A DNA stretch of 64,000 nucleotides. It comes from Octopus bimaculoides (taxonomy: Eukaryota). The stretch's first letter is position 1, and every line of letters begins with the position of its first letter. The notes beneath the pieces are model-generated. The model was not told where the DNA came from, ran no database searches, and saw only the letters and a program-made list of their open reading frames with translations. Positions 62,200 to 64,000 of this stretch are shown one piece after another. Position numbers and translations under genes: made by a program. The DNA lies in the NCBI RefSeq assembly GCF_001194135.2, contig NC_068981.1:57729092-57793091 (forward strand), given 5' to 3'.

Positions 62200-63220
62200 T
62201 TAAAGTTCCAACCTAGAATTTTCTAAAGGAGAAAGAGAGCCAAGTACAGAAGAGGGAAAACAACTGTTCTTATAGAATTTCAGGATCTGGAGTGTTTTGC
62301 AAGGTCCAACAACAATGTGGTAAAAAGGTTTTAGCAATGGTTTGAGATCATCTTTAACATTTATACAATCAAATTCATATAGAATTCTCATAGGTGGAAT
62401 TTCAAAAAAATATATAGTTATGTTAATTTTTGTTGAGGACTTTTTTGTGAAGTATAGTTCTGTTATCTTTTGGAACTTTGAATTTCTCTTCTCCACATAT
62501 TACCAAATGTTTCCTTTTTACAGCTGTTTATTTTGCTGAGAACTTCTTTATGAAGTGTAGCTCCATTGTTTTTTGGGAAGTTTGGGTTGTTCCTTGAGTG
62601 TTTGTAGAAGAGGAAGATCTTGAATTTTTCTTCTCCACACATTTCCAAATGTTTGCTCCAAGGAATTTTCTGTAGCTCCCCTTGTCTGTGGATTCTTGTG
62701 CATTGGCAAAGGGAATTATTGGTTTCACCAATATAATTATCCTTGCATTTGGGGCAAGTAATGCAGTATATGAGGTTTTGTCTTGCAGCTCATATTTGCA
62801 TTTACTTTGAATAAAAATCCATTCTTAAATTTTATGTGGGTGTCTCTGTTTATATATTTGAAGTTATTGTTGCATATTCCACATCTGCTGTCTCTGCATT
62901 CTTTTATGGAGACTTCTGTTTTGTTCTCTGATGTGAATTTTGTCTTGTAAGTAGTTTTTTAAGGTTTTTTTCCTGGCATTTCCTATTTCGTAGGTAGCTT
63001 TTGTCATTTTGGGGTTTAGTAAGAGTATTGGTAGATTTGATTGTATAATGTGGAAAATATTGGTTATTCCAGGGTTGTGTGTGTTAATAAATGGAATAGT
63101 ATGTTCCTTGCATTTTTCTTTTGGAGTCCTAAGTTGTATGATGTCTAATTTCATTGCTTTCAAGATTCCATTATTTATAAGTTCCACAGGGTCATTTTGG
63201 ATAAATATTTTGTGTGACAC
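62200..63220 (-). mobile_element. Penelope-like element C-terminal fragment (second subfamily)
   Basis: Reads 'IPFINTHNPGITNIFHIIQSNLPILL' and 'YIGETNNSL...RIHRQ' (GIY-YIG second motif). Frameshifted, with an internal duplication near 62480/62622. Confidence 0.8.
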
Positions 63221-63228
63221 CTACACGA

Positions 63229-63740
63229 TTTTCACTAAGAAAAAAAAAAACTTGGATTTTTTGCCTGGAATCAAGTACCCTGGCCTCCTAATATACTGCA
63301 AATCCCTTATTTTGGTACGGAAAGAAGAGGGGGCGAGAGGGGATACCCCTCGACTCAGAATCATTGGAATTTTTTTTTCATTGAATGAAATCTTGTGACC
63401 TAATATACTACAAGGTCCTTTTTGGGGTCCAAAAAACGGGGAGGGTGAGGTGGAAGCCCCGGAAATTTCACCCCCACCCCCATTGATCTTTTTAGCAGCA
63501 TGGTTTTCACTAAGTAAAAACAAAATCAGATTTTTTTTTGCATGGAATCAAGTGCCCTGACCACCTAATATCCTGCAAATCCCTTATTTTGGTTCAGAAA
63601 AGTGGTGGGGGCGATCCTGGAATCATTAGAAATTTTTTCCATTGAATGAATTCCTGTGACCTCCTAATATGCTACAAAACCCTTAAACGGGGTGGAGTGA
63701 GGTGGAAGCCTCGGAAATTTTACCCACTCCCAACATTTTA
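63229..63740. repeat. Tandem repeat, two ~275-bp units
   Basis: ttttcactaag starts at 63229 and 63504; both units continue with ggaatcaagt.ccctg...cctaatat...gcaaatcccttattttggt...gaggtggaagcc.cggaaattt. Confidence 0.88.
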
Positions 63741-63830
63741 CAGAAATTTTCCAGAGTGTGAATTACATAGTTCATTATTAAATATATATATATACTAGAG
63801 AATGTGACATTTATATTGTGTGTGTATATG

Positions 63831-63876
<46 letters not shown>

Positions 63877-63878
<2 letters not shown>

Positions 63879-64000
63879 AATAATTACAGAGGCATCAAGC
63901 TGTTAGATCAGGTTATGAAAGTTACAGAGAGGGTCATAGCCCAACTAATTAGGGAGCGAATCAATTTAGATGAGATGCAGTTTGGGTTCGTGCCAGGTAA
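63877..64000 (+). mobile_element. RTE LINE RT fragment running off the window
   Basis: Reads NYRGIKLLDQVMKVTERVIAQLIRERINLDEMQFGFVPG. Confidence 0.88.

Larger units (their letters stand above)
2090..63876. repeat. Dispersed microsatellites
   Basis: Examples: (TA)n at about 2099-2122, 33932-33958 and 63838-63875; (TAA)n at about 2770-2790; (GT)n at about 29147-29174 and 30555-30580; (GA)n at about 38608-38638. Confidence 0.9.

Overview
AT-rich, repeat-dense animal genomic DNA. The repeat families (RTE LINE 3' ends with (GAT)n tails, tRNA-headed SINEs, Penelope-like fragments, dense microsatellites) point to a coleoid cephalopod, most likely Octopus; this is an inference, not a database result. 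One protein-coding gene is supported: mitochondrial alpha-aminoadipic semialdehyde synthase (AASS, bifunctional LKR/SDH) on the minus strand. Ten coding exons were reconstructed by hand (52735->10300, 1424 nt, 474 codons + 2 nt, all GT-AG, phases consistent). They cover the targeting peptide and the lysine-ketoglutarate reductase domain; the saccharopine dehydrogenase exons must lie left of the window. A CpG-retaining zone at about 54.2-57.7 kb marks the probable promoter. The introns hold a full-length decayed DD34D mariner nested in an RTE, RTE and CR1-like LINE fragments, Penelope-like (PLE) fragments, TTAA-flanked piggyBac-type MITEs, Helitron ends and SINEs. The most notable observations are: (i) a ~770-bp intronic palindrome carrying two mirror-image type I hammerhead ribozyme motifs with a very long stem II, where the copy in the AASS sense has a core-inactivating G8A change; (ii) at least five local fold-back structures in the pre-mRNA; (iii) Ser replacing the normally conserved Asp of the LKR 'IDNxP' motif; (iv) a candidate 21-nt microexon in the LKR-SDH linker. 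There are four assembly gaps.
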